Position numbers and translations under genes: made by a program | Shown: piece after piece, positions 53,401-55,682 of the stretch | Position numbering within the stretch: the stretch's first letter is position 1 | Layout of the letters: every line of letters begins with the position of its first letter | Virus record (IMG/VR): IMGVR_UViG_3300025141_012107 | Length of the DNA stretch: 55,682 nt | Direction: 5' to 3' (one strand) | Source: an uncultured virus (IMG/VR IMGVR_UViG_3300025141_012107) | Lineage: Duplodnaviria; Heunggongvirae; Uroviricota; Caudoviricetes | The notes under the pieces: model-generated | Told to the model about the DNA's origin: nothing | Databases searched by the model: none | Seen by the model: the letters and a program-made list of their open reading frames with translations, nothing else

Positions 53401-55046
53401 CTCGATCCCAACACGATCCCCGTATTGAGTAATAAAGTCTCGGATATCAGATTCCCTGTATAATCTGCGTAGAAGCTTCCAGTTGATACCCTTGATCGTG
53501 AATCGTCTTAAGCGAAATCCTTGTGTTAGGTTCTTCATAACCCCATAGCCCTACGGGCTAATTCAAGTCATTCCTATTGCCGAATTTTGTAATCGAGTCA
53601 CTTAGCATCCAAGGTATTCTGTCAAGTAACTCGTCCATAATGTCATCAAACAGTCCGTGAGATAAGCCTCGATCATGCCAATGAGGCAATGGCAGCATGA
53701 TGTCCGTATAAGGATGGTTAGACTCACTGATGAAGGTAGTGTGTAGATTAATCATATCGAAGGATCTATAAACATTTCTTGGAATGGCTCATCTCTAAGG
53801 AAAACCGCAATACCCTCTCCGACTACCGAAAGTATGTCGTCTCTTATCATCCATGCGTATCTTGTAAGAATCATATAGCTATTGCGACCACTGTTTATCT
53901 GGCGATAATTAATCTCGCTGTCAGAGAATTCTAACCACATAGCTTTATCTAAATAGAAAATCGTCTTTGGATGTTCGTTCAGGTTCTTCATCTTACCACT
54001 GAGGATTATTTTCCATGACTTCAACCTCAACGTCTACATCTACAAACTTATTGAGATTCAAGTCATCCTTGGTTAGCCATGCATATTTGATTAGTATCAT
54101 ATGATTGCCACCAACGTCTCTGAATTGACTTAATCCATAATCGTTCTTGCCGAATTCTCGCCATAACTCTTTGTCCAAGCGTTGGATCCCATTGATGTCA
54201 GTTGATAGGTTTGTCACACCTTCGGCTCTCCTATGGCTATCATGGTCCCATACCTTAACCAATAAGCAGGAGGTTGATGAACGATCCACATGTTACGTAA
54301 ATCCGCACTGTCCATTCTCTCGCCTCCCCAATACCATATCGTGGCTACAAAAGGAACTTGCCAAGGACAGTTTCTAACCAAGTTAATCATATCTGTCTAC
54401 TGTATCAATAAGACATAGATTTATCATCCACGTAGAGAACAGGGTTTTCCTTATACACTCGTATACATCGGCATGTATTTGATACCAAAAACTCGTATCT
54501 AGCTTACTGTGGCTTGAGGTCCATGAGCTATAAGGTCCGGATTGAACAGCTAAATTATTCATAACCTATCCATGCGTCGTGTAATGTTTCAGTAAGACAT
54601 ACGTGTATCATCCATATGGGGAAGAGGGTGTCTCTTGTAGTTTCGTATACGTCATTATTCATAGATTTCCCACTGTTCGAATGTCTCATAAAGTAATATG
54701 AGGTCCATGGGTTATAATATCCGAGGATAGGAACCAAATTCTTCATCAGTAATTATTTTGTCTAATCCCAGAATTGATGGTTTTCATACATGTCGAAAGA
54801 CAATGGAATGCCTATGGTCCATTTACGAAACCCCAATTCCTCTTCTACAAAACCTGCCTCATCAGGATCAAATCCAAACAAAGAAACAATGCCTTCCCAT
54901 ACCTTAGGGTCGTTGAATGCCCATACTAGAGATGGGGTGGGGGATGTCCAAGCACTGTCTGTTAGACTCTTGATGTTAAGGCGTTTAGGTAAATGAGGAG
55001 ATAAAATCAAACAAGACAAGTTGGGAGAGAAAACAATGTTCTTCAT
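50493..55046 (-). repeat. Tandem array of about 18-20 small overlapping ORFs, most starting M-x-N-L
   Basis: MINLQ, MDNLV, MINIA, MLNLA, MTNLS (twice), MKNLA, MKNLS, MINLA, MKNLT, MINLH, MKNLN, VTNLS, MINLV, MNNLA, MKNLV, MKNIV. Confidence 0.75.
54383..54562 (-). CDS. 59-aa MxNL-array member missed by the ORF track
   Basis: MNNLAVQSGPYSSWTSSHSKLDTSFWYQIHADVYECIRKTLFSTWMINLCLIDTVDRYD; paralog of 54555-54746. Confidence 0.65.
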   Translation of the reverse strand: MNNLAVQSGPYSSWTSSHSKLDTSFWYQIHADVYECIRKTLFSTWMINLCLIDTVDRYD

Positions 55047-55151
55047 AAACCTATTCCAGACCTACTTCGGGTCTTTCTGTAGGAAAACCATCCTACCATA
55101 AAATGATAAATGAGTCAATGACTATTCGTTTCTGCCGGTTTTTTAGATCTT

Positions 55152-55397
55152 TTAGATCTTGCGGCCAATCGTCGTCACCCGCTGGTCATCCCGATGAGCC
55201 GTAACCAAAATGTCAGTTCCAACCTCTTCGTCTTCACAAAGTGCAAGTCCATCAATACAGAACTTCCTGAATTCGTCTTTGTGCATTCTGAATCCGACCG
55301 TCGCCGTCTTCCCCTTGATCGGAGAGATCGATAACGTCGGATGACTCGCCGTGGGGGCGTACGTTGCCGCTGAATTTGCTTGATTACCCATTGTCAC
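55152..55397 (-). CDS. Hypothetical protein
   Basis: ORF with AAGGA RBS and an upstream TATAAT promoter. Confidence 0.6.
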   Translation of the reverse strand: MTMGNQANSAATYAPTASHPTLSISPIKGKTATVGFRMHKDEFRKFCIDGLALCEDEEVGTDILVTAHRDDQRVTTIGRKI

Positions 55398-55682
55398 TTC
55401 CTTTCAAAAAGTGGTGTTATCTGAGTCCTGACATATTATAGTCGTGTCCAAATTTTCTGCAACCATTTCTTGTCGAATTTTCCAATCTTTTTAATTGATG
55501 TGGGTGTAAAAAGAAGTGCTATTTGAAAAACGACCAGTTAAAGACTTTATCGCAGGAATATTTTCGTGTGGTAAAAGCGGGGTGGAAGGGATCGTTTACG
55601 GGATGGGACTCCTAAGCCGTGTGAAGAAGGCGGGAAGGGGTAGAGGGTATGCTTTCGCCTTACCCCTACCCCCCTGGCGGGG

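Noticed and set aside
1..55682. Stop-codon reassignment or suppressor tRNAs
   Set aside because: Long genes are intact in the standard code, all three stop codons end genes, and no CTA, TCA or TTA anticodon was found.
55575..55682. G-rich end with a hairpin (possible terminus or origin)
   Set aside because: It is truncated by the window edge, so there is too little evidence.

Overview
This window looks like part of a large (jumbo/huge-type) bacteriophage genome. Genes are dense, mostly on the minus strand, and use the standard code. It holds about 20 tRNA genes without encoded CCA (several atypical), an NAD-dependent ligase, a glycosyltransferase/methyltransferase cluster, a TerY-P-like vWA/kinase/PP2C module with a nicotinamidase-like enzyme, HNH nucleases and an array of small MxNL-initiated paralogous ORFs. 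The most striking content is non-coding. (1) At 529-1287, five RNAs share one helix/internal-loop module (GUCY-CCWA...UACAAAC...ACUU-RGAC). It is grafted onto tRNA bodies at the acceptor ends, the D-loop (twice) and the variable loop (circularly permuted tRNA), or stands alone. The cluster lies directly upstream of a ubiquitin-like gene and a probable Ro60/TROVE-vWA-type gene, so it is a candidate new Y-RNA-like/tRNA-mimic RNP system. (2) A 202-nt miniature RNase P RNA lacks most of the specificity domain. (3) Further oddities include a UUCG-closed permuted tRNA mimic, an enlarged tRNA-like RNA with a 9-bp acceptor stem, and a heptamer-repeat ncRNA behind a DIP1984-like gene. Protein family calls come from motif recognition by eye, not database searches.
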